Shown: positions 46,101 to 58,006, numbered from the whole stretch's first letter. The stretch is DNA of 61,684 nucleotides, filler included, from 13 parts of 13 records of this genome joined end to end with filler, not necessarily neighbours in it, one strand, 5' to 3'. Notes: generated from the letters alone by a model not told the origin. Made by a program: numbers and translations.

Positions 46101-46310
46101 TCGTTGAATCTCGCCCTCGAAAAGCTGCGTTGCTGCACCGACTGCAGCGCCAGTGCGCTTCCTGGCGCGGATGGCATCGTTCTGACGCTTTGCGGTCTCC
46201 TCGACTGATGCGGTGGCCGGGTCCCCGACGCGAGCTGGGTAGCCCGTCCGTACCTTGCTGCCGATGCCAAGCGCGCAGTTCTTGTTGCTGCCCCATGACC
46301 ACACGGACAT
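43172..46310 (-). CDS. RCC1-repeat plus two BTB/POZ domain protein (RCBTB/IBTK-like architecture)
   Basis: RCC1 repeats (VACG..HT, SWG....GQLG). Intron 44849-44774 restores GHSEY-GQQG. BTB motifs AHAVVVFGRCPRL..LLHYLYTD and THRCVLAARSQYF..VVRWCYT..LKQRCE. Confidence 0.88.
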
Positions 46311-46334
46311 GTCCCCAGGGGGCTTGCTGAGGCT

Positions 46335-46365
46335 GTACTAGCTAGATCTAGTAGGGATCCCTACC
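46335..46365. promoter_or_regulatory. Cluster of short palindromes just upstream of the RCC1-BTB start, including GTAGGGATCCCTAC
   Basis: GTACTAGCTAGATCTAGTAGGGATCCCTAC, 25-55 nt upstream of the ATG at 46310. GTAGGGATCCCTA also occurs at 34089-34101. A regulatory role is inference. Confidence 0.35.
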
Positions 46366-46671
46366 CAATGTATCCGTCGATCCGTTCCCCGCGGCGATCG
46401 ACCGGTGAGAGCGAGCGTAGCACGCGTAGCAGCTGCGTATGCAGGTCCCCCGAAGCCCCGATCAAGGGTTGAGTCTACAGGCTTACCCTCATGGTCTGAT
46501 ACGGTCGGTGCTGGCCGCACGGCGCTGGATCGATGGCCGCGCTGCGCGCCGCACCGTGCAATCTCCAATCTGGGCACTGCTGGTGCTGTCTCTTGAAAAT
46601 CCTCCGAGATTCCCACACGCCGCGGCGTGCGCGTGCGCGCGCATGATGGGCTGTGTAATGGTCTGAGGAGT

Positions 46672-46771
46672 NNNNNNNNNNNNNNNNNNNNNNNNNNNNN
46701 NNNNNNNNNNNNNNNTTAATTAATTAANNNNNNNNNNNNNNNNNNNNNNNNNNNNNNNNNNNNNNNNNNNN
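46672..46771. other. Artificial contig spacer
   Basis: N44-TTAATTAATTAA-N44. Confidence 0.99.
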
Positions 46772-47094
46772 GGGGGGGGGGGGGGGGGGGGGGGGGGCTG
46801 TTTGGGTATGGATTCGCGCAGGCGCATAATACTGAGCTTGCCTGCGTGGGGGGGGGCGACCAGCGGCGAGTGTTTGCGGCCGGGGAGTCCTTGCTGTGCT
46901 TGTCCAGCATGTGGCTCCCTGTGTCGCTTTAAACTCGTCTCTATCGCCTTGCCGCACCTTGCCGTGTGGTCTCCCTCCCCCATGTGGACGGGCTGCTTTT
47001 CGTGCTTGCCAATATCCGTACGTAAACGGTACATGTATCTCAGGATACGCTGGTGGTCATTGCCGAAAATCAACTGTGTCTTTGTTATCTATAA

Positions 47095-47120
47095 TGTATT
47101 CTGTATTCTGTATTCTGTAT
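47095..47120. repeat. (TGTATTC)n microsatellite, about 3.7 copies
   Basis: TGTATTCTGTATTCTGTATTCTGTAT. Confidence 0.85.
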
Positions 47121-47530
47121 GGTAAGTTGTACCGCGCGCCGCGAGTGCCACGCGTTCAGACACTCATTCGATTCGCCTCGCGCGCGCGCACGCCTCGCTT
47201 CCGTCGTTGCAACACGCTAACACCAACACCAACACGGTGGTGGACTACTACGTACCACCGTACGGCTCTAGTACTGTTTACTATACTCCGGCTGTACACA
47301 GCCAGATCTCGTAGAAGAAGTAGTAGTACCTCTACCTCTACCTGCGCTGTACATACTAGTGCCGCCCCACGGCTCTATTGATCAGTTGCTGCGTCGGCGG
47401 GTCTGTACAGTACCGATACCGCGGGTATCGTCGGTGCGTGGGCCGCGAGAGGTGGCGGGGTTCGCAGCTTTGGGCTTACTAGAACTAGGAGGCGCGCGTG
47501 CGTGCGTGCCGGCGGGACGGAGACGACGCG

Positions 47531-50448
47531 ATGAGCGCAGAGCCTGGCGGTGCTCATCCTCAGCAGAAGGTGGCCTCGGTGGAGGCTGCTACGATCTCGT
47601 CAACCCTGGCGAGTGGCAGCGCGGAGGAGCGTGCGACGGCGTACGACTGGATCGACGGCGCGGTGAAAGATCGGGCTGTCGCGCTATGTGCGCCATGCGT
47701 GCGGCCGATCATCATGGAGGTGCTGTGCGCCCCTGCGTCCCGAGTCGGGGTGGCAGAATATATCAGGGCAGCCCTGCTTCTGTACGAGATGGCGAAAATT
47801 GATATGGTGGTGATCTGTGGCGAAGCGCACCGCAAAGATGAGCGGGGTGTGCCACTCTGCGTACAGATCCTCACGGCACCGGACACCGTGTTCGCGGAAG
47901 TACTCGCCAAGGAACCGCGCACGTTCACGAAGGGCGACGCGGTCGTCGCTGCCGCCGGATTTGCGTACCAGGTGGTTTGTTGGGCCGTGGGGATCACGCC
48001 CGTACTCGCATACGCCGAAGTCGACGAAGCCGAATGGTTTGCTGTGCTTTTAGCGGGCAGCCCGTATCATGGCGAGCATCCGGCGCCATCTGGCGTTCCA
48101 GTTCGCGAGATGTGCGCAGATCCACCCGACCGGTTTACGCCACTCGCGTTGCTTCTGTGCGAGCTCCTGCGCGAGATGGACACGCAGCCGGAAGGAGTCA
48201 TAGTCGGAGCTGCTGGAGTGATCAACTGGATGTGCCTACATCCGCCTCAGGGATCCCGTGCCCCACAAGCTCTGTGGGAGGCTGATTTTCTCGAAATTTT
48301 CCAGTCCACGATGCAGCGTTACAACGCCATGGAGCGCATCAGTAGGCACGTCCAGATTCCGGGAGCCATCCTGGGTTGCGTCAAGGACGTTGTCGAAGGC
48401 GCCGAGCGTGCTGGCGTGGAAGTGACACAATCGCTGCTCGATGCTGGAGCTGTGGACATAGCGATCTCGAGTCTACAAGCCTACCAGATTCTGAATCAGC
48501 CTGGGGAGTGCAGCGTCAACAGCCTGCAGTGGGGGGGCTTGTGGTTCCTCGAGGTGCTGCTCGCTTCGCCGCAGGCATCGCAGACGATTATCACGAAGCT
48601 GCGTTCTGCTGGAGTCGACGCCTTCCGTTTCATGCTTGACCACCCCTTAATCATGATGGGGGACCTCGCGTACGAAACAGGAAGCCAAGCAACCCGAATC
48701 GCTGCCATCGTCTGGGGAAAGGACGATGACGCGGGTGGCTTGTGCTTCAAGCAGCAGGATATTGACAAGATCGTGCAGGTTGCTGACCACCGCAACCCAG
48801 CAACAGCAGCAATCAACCCAATGACCGACTACTCTGGCAAAGTGATGTTGCAACTCTGCATCTCGGACACAAACAAGGAACTTCTGTTGCGTGCAGAGGG
48901 ATTTGTACCAGTATTGGTGGACTCGCTGCTTTTGGACGAGGCACATCCACGACGGGCTCAGCCCAACTTCGAGGCCATTGCGGCACCTGTGCAACGAGAC
49001 GCTGCAGAGGCAATCGCCCACCTTTCGATGTACCCGCCTGGCCGTGAGGCGCTTCTGCAGGATCCGTCGGTTACAGCGGCCCTACAGCAGGTTGCTGTTG
49101 AAGGATGGGCACCTGAGGCACAGGTGCATGCTCAGTCTGCGCTGGCCGCTCTCGAGAACCGGCAACGCGATGCACATCACGAGCAATGTCAAAATCCCAA
49201 TGCGCTGCATGTGATGATGAGCTATCAATGGAATTTCCAGGCGTGCGTCAAGCGCGTTGTGGCTGAGTTGCAGCAGAGAGGCTACCGGACGTGGTTCGAT
49301 CTTCAGGATATGAAAGGTGCGTTTCGCTTCTCTTGCACTTGCTTGCAGTCCATGGCCTCCTCAGTCTGCATCTTCGTAGGATCGACCGTCGATGCAATGA
49401 GCGAGGCAGTGGATAATGCCGCCGTGATGCTCTCTTGCATCTCGCTGGCGTATAAAGAGTCGGCAAGTAAGTTGCTCGAGAAGTGGTCGCGCGCTGATCA
49501 TCCAATTGTGCCTGACAATCCTCTGTCGTGCCTGCAGACTGCAGGTTAGAATGCCAATATGGTTTTCAACAAGAAGTCCCAATGATTCCTCTGATGATGG
49601 AGGAAGGCTATCGTCCGACAGGCTGGCTCGGCTTGCTGCTGGGTGCCAAACTATATATCAATTTTCACCCAGCTGCGGTGGAGACCGAGGAGCTTTTCAT
49701 GAGCAGCATGGCCCTCGTTGAGCGAGAGCTCGATGATCGTGGAAAAATCGGCCATGACGTGTCGCTATCAGAGGGAGAGCCACCGAAGGTTGCTGCATTT
49801 GAGCCGGCTCCAGAACCGACACCAGCACCCACACCAGCACCAGCACCAGCTCCAGCACCAGTGGCTCCAGCAGCAACTGGCACACCAACAACACCGGCTC
49901 GCACCACTTTGGTGCCGGCGGCAAATGAAGTGGAACGCTTCCCGTCCGGTTTCCAGATGTCGCCGATGCAACAACAGCGGCAGCAGCAGGCGTCGTCAAC
50001 TTCTGTCAGTAGCATTGCGAGTGGCAGTTTCGCCGAGATGGTAGCGTTCTTTCGTGATGAACGACAGCATTTGGAAGCAAAGGTAGAGTCGCAGCGCCAA
50101 GAGATGGAGGTGCAACGGCAGGCTTGGCAAACGAAGTTGGAGCAACACCAGCGAGAGATAGAGGCCCAACGCCAAGAGATAGAGCAGCTGAAGAACCAAT
50201 CGATACAAGCTAGATTGCGGGAGCACCAGACAGCTGCACTACAGGCACGCTTCAACGCCTTGCACGCTTCGAAGCTGCTGACCGACGATGAGTTGTACAA
50301 GTTGGAAGATGCATTGATCGAGAGTCTGGACGGGTGCGACGCCGGTCAACTCGCTACTAGCTTAATTGCATTATCAGAGCGCGTAGCGAACGAAAGCGCA
50401 TTCGCCCGCCACCTACGCCGCAAGTATGCTGAACAACCTGGAGTGTAA
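47531..50448 (+). CDS. ARM-like helical region, TIR domain, Pro/Ala linker and coiled coil (927 aa)
   Basis: Introns 49317-49379 and 49467-49537 assemble a TIR domain: HVMMSYQW..Q..V......L...GY..WFD...MKGSTVDAMSEAVDNA....CIS..YKESANCRLECQYG.....PMIPLMMEEGYRPTGWLGLLLGAKLYINF. The N-terminal ~550 aa is helical and ARM-like. Confidence 0.88.
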
Positions 50449-50542
50449 CTACGTCCAGGCAATCGCCAGACTTTCCTTATTATCTTAAGTCAACCTCTCA
50501 TTCACCCAGTCGCTCTGCGGCGGCTCTTTGCTCCACTACACA

Positions 50543-50620
50543 GGGGCATAGTTGACATAGTTCTTATGCCCTATGTCAGCATAAGGGGCATGGCACAAGG
50601 CATAAGGCCTTATGCCTTGT
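50543..50620. repeat. Cluster of GGCATAAG/CTTATGCC-family hairpins at a contig end, copy 3
   Basis: Perfect 26-bp palindrome ACAAGGCATAAGGCCTTATGCCTTGT (50595-50620), plus the partial unit TGACATAG..CTTATGCC.CTATGTCA (50553-50578). Confidence 0.8.
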
Positions 50621-50720
50621 NNNNNNNNNNNNNNNNNNNNNNNNNNNNNNNNNNNNNNNNNNNNTTAATTAATTAANNNNNNNNNNNNNNNNNNNNNNNN
50701 NNNNNNNNNNNNNNNNNNNN
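50621..50720. other. Artificial contig spacer
   Basis: N44-TTAATTAATTAA-N44. Confidence 0.99.
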
Positions 50721-51316
50721 ACGAGGTCCACAAGACACACCAGTCTTAGATCTAGGGCCTCGACTCGGGCATATAGATCTATAGCACTCATCATATTATA
50801 GCGCCGCGCGGCCGCGCTCGCGCGCGCGCTCGCATCTTGCGGTCCGTCGCCGCGGCCAGCATGCAGTACGCGCGCGCGTACTGCTGGTGGTACGATACGA
50901 GGATACGTACAGTACTAGCAGTACAGCACTAGGAACGCTTTCTCTCAGCAGGGCAAGGATGCGCATCAGCAGGCGGCGCCGACGCAGCAGTCGCTACGAG
51001 GATTGTAGCGAGACGCGGAGGTATCTACGTCACCGGTGTACACACGTGTTGTTCTGTAAAATTTTCGCGAGAGCACCGAGGAGTTGTTTGTATTGGCTGA
51101 TTGGGGGTCTGTACTGTGTGTGACCACTGCTTTTAAAGGTTTTGCGTTGGTCGGAGCAGGTATACGCGACACTCGATGCCAGTGAACAACCTGGACGGGT
51201 TCATCCGGAATCCTAGCATCGGCATCGCTGATGTACCCACCACTGGCGAACGCTCCCGGCGGCTGTCGTGTGCTGCAGACCTGTCATTCTCACTGCCCGG
51301 AGTCACAGGTAGCCTG

Positions 51317-53606
51317 ATGGCCGCGGATCCGTCCGCATCCGCGGGTGGTGATGGTGCTGCGGGTGAAAAGCCTGAGGCCAACAAGGATGGCCCCGAATAC
51401 CAGTTCCCTTGGTGGTGGTTTGTGATACTCACACTGCCTGGGTTTCTGCACTCCCTAGTCTCCAACGCCCTTTGGGGAATCATTTGGCCCAATCTGCTGT
51501 CGCAGATGTCCGGAGACAGGTATAAGTTCCTCGCGCTTGCAGCTGGATCTCAGATCTGCACTGTTGTTGGTTACGCGCACCCGTTCATAGGGTCGATGTC
51601 CGACCGCTTGCCCGACAAGTACGCAAAGTATATCGGCCGGCGGCGGCCGTTTATCATCATCGGCAGCTTCATCATGTCGTTTGGTGTGTGGATGACGTAC
51701 GATGCTCTGTACCGTATTGTCGATCGACCTGCCCACTGCACTGGGCATGATCCAGCATGGGAGCAGTTGCACACTTACGGCCGCTGCAAGGCTGCAGGCG
51801 GATCGTGGCAAGCCTACCCTGTCTCGCACTCGCATCTTGTATGGGCGTACATCGAGCTCGCAGCTAGCCTCGTTGTTGGGAACGCAGGTAGCGCAGTCTT
51901 CAGCCCACCTTTCACAGCCATTGTTGCTGACACTATACCTTTGTCGCAACGAGGACTTTGCGTTGTGATCCAGTCTTGGACAAACACTGTGACGGGGCTA
52001 GGCTCTGGAGCGATCGCGTATATGACGAGCGAGCAGCTGGCATGCGACCTCGGCGCGCCACCACAGGACTTTCCAATTGAGTCAGAGCAATGGGATGGCG
52101 CCTGCTTTTCTGCAAAGACTATCTGGTGGTGCGACATTTGGATCTTGATTCTTCAGATGCCACTATACTGCATATGCTGCAACGGGCAGGCAATTGACGG
52201 CTGCTCATGGAGTGGAATTTGGAAGCCTGAAAAATCCATCAAGCGTCCGGTCGAAACCTTACCGTCTGCCAACGTAGATGGCAGCAGTCTCACTCGCTGC
52301 CAGCGGTGGAAACACGACTTCTGGGCGTTCACGGCAGCCTTTCGTGATCCTTGCTACAAGTGGCTCTGGATTCAGGGGTTCATCGGGCAGATCGGTAGCA
52401 TGATCGGCGGACAGTTCAACCTTTACTGGTACCAAGACTGCTTCAATCAGTGCACTGGCTGCAAGGGTATGGCTCCCGACGAGTTGGTGCTTCAAGTCAG
52501 TTGCACAGTTGTGAAAGATGTGACCGAGTGCAACCCACACTTCTTTTTCTTTGGATGGGAGGTGGCCAGCACTGGCGCTGGCGCAGTAGCAATCAACACC
52601 TTGGTCTCACAGGTCCTGCACATTGTTATCATGCCCTTCATTCGTCCAGACTACTGGCGCGATCGTTTCGGGGGCCGTCCGTTGCTAATATGGACCGGGT
52701 TTTGGGGTCTGGGATTGACTCAGCCGTTTGCCTATGCCTGGCTTACTGGCACCCAGCATCTGTACACGATCATCCAACTGTGGACAGTGTGGGGATGCTT
52801 TCTCAGCTGTATTGGTACTGCTGCTGCTGGTGCATTGATGATGGACTGCCTGCCAGCAGACGCAGCTGGGAAGCCTCTATCGGCCAGCAGAGATCTCGCA
52901 CTACACGAATGGGCCAACCGCATTCCGGAGACTGGCTTTCCACTGCTTCTAGGTGGTAGCTTTTTATGGTTCTCTTCCCACCAAGAAGCATTTCGCACTT
53001 TCTTCTGTATCAGCGGGGCAATTGGCTTTGTGACGAACGCCATTTTCATCTTCCTTGTGCATCCACGAGATGAGGTGGGTGCTCGTCAAACACAGTCTCA
53101 AATCTCTTCACCCTAGCTCTGCCTTGTGAAGTGAAGCTGCGACCAGAAACTTAACGTGACTGTGAATCGTTTGTGGCTGCGTGGCGCAGGCATTGGACAA
53201 AGACTTTCAGTGCACGCGACATTGGTACTGGGCTGAACACGATAAGCAGCGCAGGCTCGGCTTGGCAGGCCCCGAAAAATACGCGGCAGAGGAAGCCGAG
53301 GCTAGGGCGCGTGCGGAGCTTGCAGAGCAGGAGCGTCGAGCCCAGCGCATCCAGCAGGGCCTTCCACCAACAGAAGACTTCGGTGCACCCGCGGGCGCCC
53401 GCTGTTGTGATGTTGTTCTGTTTGGGCAAGACGGATGTTTCGGAGACGCCAGCTCTATATATACTGGAGCTTACCAAGCAACGCACAAGGGCATCCAAAA
53501 CGCGATCGAGAGCATTGGGGCCGTCCGAGGAAGAGGCGAGGGAGGAGGTAGTAGCGGGCCAGAAGAACAGCAGCCACTGCTAGCCGATGAGGCTGCTAGC
53601 CGATGA
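51317..53606 (+). CDS. MFS transporter, SUT/SLC45 (GPH)-like
   Basis: About 12 hydrophobic segments; GSMSDRL......GRRRPF motif, VADTIP..QRG and DRFGGRP. Intron 53075-53189. An alternative in-frame ATG lies at 51176. Confidence 0.8.
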
Positions 53607-53710
53607 GGCTGACTTCAGAAGGTCTTGATGCTATATTTGTGGTGCTGCATCACACCAGTTAGCTTTGGAACAAAACAATTCAGGAATGTCAGTTGAACGA
53701 ATCGCGTCCT

Positions 53711-54556
53711 TCAATGCAGTTCGGTGGTAGCGTGCATCGCGTCGGTGTGCGAGCCGGACAGTAGCTCATTCTTCTGGCCCTCGTCTATCTCCCTGCTCTC
53801 CCATCCACAACCTTCGTTCACACCGACCTTCATTTCAAAGTGATGAAATTCTGGTAGAGTCAGGCGCTGTGACACAGTAATGCAGGTGGTCCCTGAGGTC
53901 ATTGCCGCTCGATACAGCTCCTCCTCCGCATCAACCGAAACTGCTGACGTGCACCTGCTCACAACACAGCAAATGAGAGGAGACCGCTTCATATCATGTA
54001 CACGAACGTAAAATTGTTTGGGAAGCACGTATGATGGTTTGTAGCAGACGCTGCAGCATGCGAAACTTCAAGCGGACGCACTCGTCAAGCACCGCAAAGC
54101 GAGGCTCATGATAGAGCATCCGCGCAATCCCCATCCGCTGCTGTTCTCCTAACGATAGAACGTCCTCCCATCGAACTTCTCGATCCCATCCAGATCCACC
54201 AACACCCTCAAGCGCAGCAAAGATACCTACCACCACATACAGGTGTTGGAGATAAGAGCGCAGTCCGGTAGTGTATCATCTCATCATGACCTCAATAATG
54301 GTGCAGCGCACCATCCCATTCGCTCCCACGCTGACGACCAGTTCGCCTTGTCTGTGACTCATCTACGACGTCGCGCTCACCCCAGCGCGTTACGAGGTAC
54401 TCGATTCCCACTATACGAAGTATCTCAAGCATGTGCTGCTCTTGTTCTGGTGTCCGAGACTCAAGGTCTAGCGAGTCGGGGTATGTCAGCTGGTCGCTCA
54501 GCGTTCCGACAGCCATTAAGAGCTGCTGTGGTACAACAAACACATCTTTGAGGGAA
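53711..54556 (-). CDS. Peroxisomal ABC transporter (ABCD) C-terminal NBD; 5'-partial
   Basis: VFVVPQQ...[46 protein letters not shown]. Introns 54311-54227 and 54081-53955. Confidence 0.9.
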
Positions 54557-54656
54557 NNNNNNNNNNNNNNNNNNNNNNNNNNNNNNNNNNNNNNNNNNNN
54601 TTAATTAATTAANNNNNNNNNNNNNNNNNNNNNNNNNNNNNNNNNNNNNNNNNNNN
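54557..54656. other. Artificial contig spacer
   Basis: N44-TTAATTAATTAA-N44. Confidence 0.99.
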
Positions 54657-54801
54657 ATCAGGGGTCCCATTTTCGCGGCAATGCATGCCCGGGTGGAGCC
54701 GCGCGTGCGCATGCGTCGCGGCACGCGCGGTACGTGGCCGTACGTGCGTCGGCGCTGTGCCCAGACTCCCGCCGCCCGGGCTGGGCTCCAATCCCCGAAC
54801 C

Positions 54802-56715
54802 ATGAGCGCAGCGCACGCCGCCCTCGCCCTCGTCCTCGCCCTCTCAGCAGCCGGCACGGTGGCCAGGGCGCAGCAGCAGCAGGAGACGGTGGGGCAGGCT
54901 GTGCTGGCCGCGAACTGTGCCAGCGACTTCAGCGCCGTCTCGCGAGGCAGCCAGATCGAGGGATCCGCGCCGTACCGATACTGGCGGACAGGCTCGCCCA
55001 AGGCTACAGCGCAGGCGACGCTGACAGATGAACTGGCGGCTGGGGCAGTGGTCGAATCGATCAGCTTCGCGTACCAGTACCTGGCTGGTTTTGGACCCGG
55101 TGGGGCTGGCGCCAACTTCAGCCTCCAGGTCGCTGGAACAGTGGTGTACCGCAGCCCAATACTCGACGCGTTCAACTACTCGGTGCCTGTGAATCACACT
55201 GGCTACAGCCCCCCGATTCCCGTCACAACCAAGGGCGAACCCATCACCGTCCCCACAGGTGGTGGTCAGGTGACCCTGCTGGTGGAGAACAACGACCGGA
55301 ACCTCCAAATCCTGCTTCCCCTCACTTTCAACGTCACGTGCAAGTCGCCGGGCCCGTGTGCCAAGGACAGCGCCTGGCGTCCAGCGGCTCCCACCGTGGT
55401 TTTTCGCGGCGGTGACAAGGGCCCGGCGGGGACGGACGATACCAACACGACGGGCGCCTGCTTTAGGATCCCACAGCTGGCTCGGGCACCAGACGGCGAG
55501 CTCCTCGCCTTCGCCGAAGGCCGCTATCGGTCTTGCTGGCCCGATGTCAGCCCAGAAACACGGGTCGTGATGCGGCGCAGCATTGACGGTGGCATTGGAC
55601 AGAAATGGGCACCGATCCAAGTGCTTTGGGGGACAACGGCAGAGCAGAGAGGTGCTGGCCTGAACTACCCGATGCCACTGGTCGACTACAAGACAGGCGA
55701 AGTCTCGGTCTTCTTCTACGAGGCCGGCTGCAAGGTTCCACCGGCCAAACGCGGTCAGAAGTGCGTCGAACCGTGGCCGACCTGGCGCGTGAGCAGTACT
55801 GATTCTGGGAAAACATTCTCAAAGCCTTTCAACATGTCGACTGTCCCTGGGTGGAGCGGCATCACAGGAGGCGGCAAAGGGATTCAGCTGGACAACGGAC
55901 GCCTCGTCGTCGCCTGTGGCAACAGCTCATGCTACTCGGATACGCACGGGAAGAGCTGGAGGCGAGGAGCAGCAGCGCCACTTGGACCCGGTGTCGGCGG
56001 CTTTGGCGAGGAGGCAGTTGTTGCAGACGGGCGGACCCCGACCTCACTTGCCCTGTTTATCCGCTCGGGTAGCAACGGCGCAAATGGCGGCAAAAAGTCT
56101 CCCTTGATAAACCATGCGGTCGCTTCGAGCACGGATGCTGGAGAGACGTACGCACACCACACCCACAGTGTCCCACGGAGAGTACACAGGTGCTTTTCCA
56201 AGTACTGTTGACAGTCCGTTAATGCGCATGGTGCTGTTCTCTGTTGTCGTATCAGCTGGGGCCCAGCGCGCTTGCTTCCCTCGGTCGTCGGTGTGACATG
56301 CCAGGGCAGCGTCGGTGCTGCTGGTGGGGCTAAAGTTGCGAACGGTCAGTTGCTGCTATCTGCCCCGTACTCGCACGACCTTGGTGGCTACGGCCAAAAT
56401 GGCCGCGAGAACCTGGCCGTTTGGACCTATCGGCTGAACGATACCAACACCGGTACCGACTCTATTCGAACAGTTAACATTAGCATATGTCGCTGTGTCT
56501 GTGACTTTCGCTCGTTCATACTAATGCTGACCGGAGCAGGTATGGCCGGTCCGGACCCCGAGCCTGCTCTGGTCGCCCGCATCTATCCTTGCAAAGCGGC
56601 ATACTCGAGCTTCTCAGAGGATGGGATGCTCAATCTCTTTGAAGGTGGGCCTGACATGCGCTACCAATCGATCATGCTAGCCACTCTCAACCACAGTTTC
56701 CCTTCACCAAACTGA
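54802..56715 (+). CDS. Secreted sialidase/neuraminidase (GH33, BNR/Asp-box) with an N-terminal beta-rich accessory domain
   Basis: Signal peptide; FRIP, AFAEGR, Asp boxes SIDGG..KW, STDSGKTF, SDTHGKSW and STDAGETW (across intron 56148-56255), AAYSS. Probable second intron 56453-56539. Confidence 0.85.
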
Positions 56716-56837
56716 GTCGAAATTAATTCGTCCGAGGTTTCTACTTATTCTGTATTCTCATCATCCACACTACCTATACACGCGCATTTCTGCCCGCACA
56801 GCTGGCAAAATATCAATCCGACCTGCATCCAGCCAGC

Positions 56838-57891
56838 TTACATCACGTGCGACGTCTCCTGCGAATTTTTGAACGTCTGTCCAAAGATGTTGCGCGCATA
56901 GATCTTTGGTACGTAGCCAGCGTAGCCAGGAATCTTCTCCGGGTTGACATACTTCTCAACCTCCTTAACTGCCGTGTGCGATGCTAGCGCCTCCCCCGGA
57001 CCGTCACCTGTCAACACCTTCGCAGTTGCCCTCATGATCCCATCGTCGCTGCTCTTCGCTGTCAGCTGGGCCTCTTCCCAGTTGTCGCCGCAGAGGTTCC
57101 GTGAGCCGATGTTCGGGATGAATCCTGCGTAGCCTGACATCTTGACCTTGTTCTCCATCACTGGCCGCGTTTGGCGCTCCTCCTGCTTCAACATGTCGAA
57201 GGCTTCTTTGTCAAAGTCCTGTTCCGCGCGCGGGTGCTCGTCCGCCGCCAACAGCGACTCGGCCTCCTTCTGGGCTGTTTCGAACGTCGCACCGAACACT
57301 CCCTTTGCGTAAATGCCAGGCACGTACCCTCCATACCCGGGCACGTTTTTGTCCTCCGAGTGGTCCTCCTCCGCGCGGCCGGCAGTTTGTCTGTGCGCCG
57401 CGTTCAGGTCCGGTTCTAGAATCTCGCCGGCCGGTGCTGCTTGTTGGATCTCTGCGGTGCGCTGGGCGGCCGCGAAGTCCTCGCCGTGGATGTTTTCGGC
57501 GTAGATCTGGGGTATGAAACCACCATACCCGACCATCTGCTTGCCCTGCTGCGCGTCCAGCTTGCTCCCTTCCTTGGCCCACCACGCTGGCTCTACTGGC
57601 GGCCCGGTGGCCGAGTTGAGCTTATTCTCGTGCCGCTGGAACTCCTGTGAGTCGCAGAAGGTTTTTCCGTAGACATTCTCTGAGGCGATGCCCTCCACGT
57701 AGCCACCGTACTGCGCGCGCGACGGGCAATGGCGGCGGTGAGTTGTACGCAAAGGCGTGCGCGTCGGCGCCAGAATACGACGGGACTGCTCACCTTGGCA
57801 ATCCGCCGATCTGCGCGCCGCAGCACCTCAGGGTACGGCGCCTTGTCCAGCAGCTCCTTGCCCTTCAAGGCGTCCCGCAGATACGTCCCGT
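56838..57891 (-). CDS. FAM166/CIMIP2-like axonemal microtubule inner protein with five PGY.G.P repeats; 5'-partial
   Basis: Repeats YGGYVEGIASENVYGKTF, GYGGFIPQIYAENIHGEDF, PGYGGYVPGIYAKGVFGATF, GYAGFIPNIGSRNLCGDNW and PGYAGYVPKIYARNIFGQTF. Intron 57793-57711. Confidence 0.75.
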
Positions 57892-57963
57892 CTGAGCAGC
57901 ACGCGCATCACCCGTTAGCACGTCCAGCGAAAGCTACCCCCCCCCGCCCCGACCGCAATGCAG

Positions 57964-58006
57964 GCAGGCAGCAGCAGCCGCAGCAGCAGTAGCAGCAGCA
58001 GCAGCA
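57964..58006. repeat. (CAG)n microsatellite at a contig end
   Basis: Imperfect GCA/CAG run; a similar run is at 37948-37968. Confidence 0.8.
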
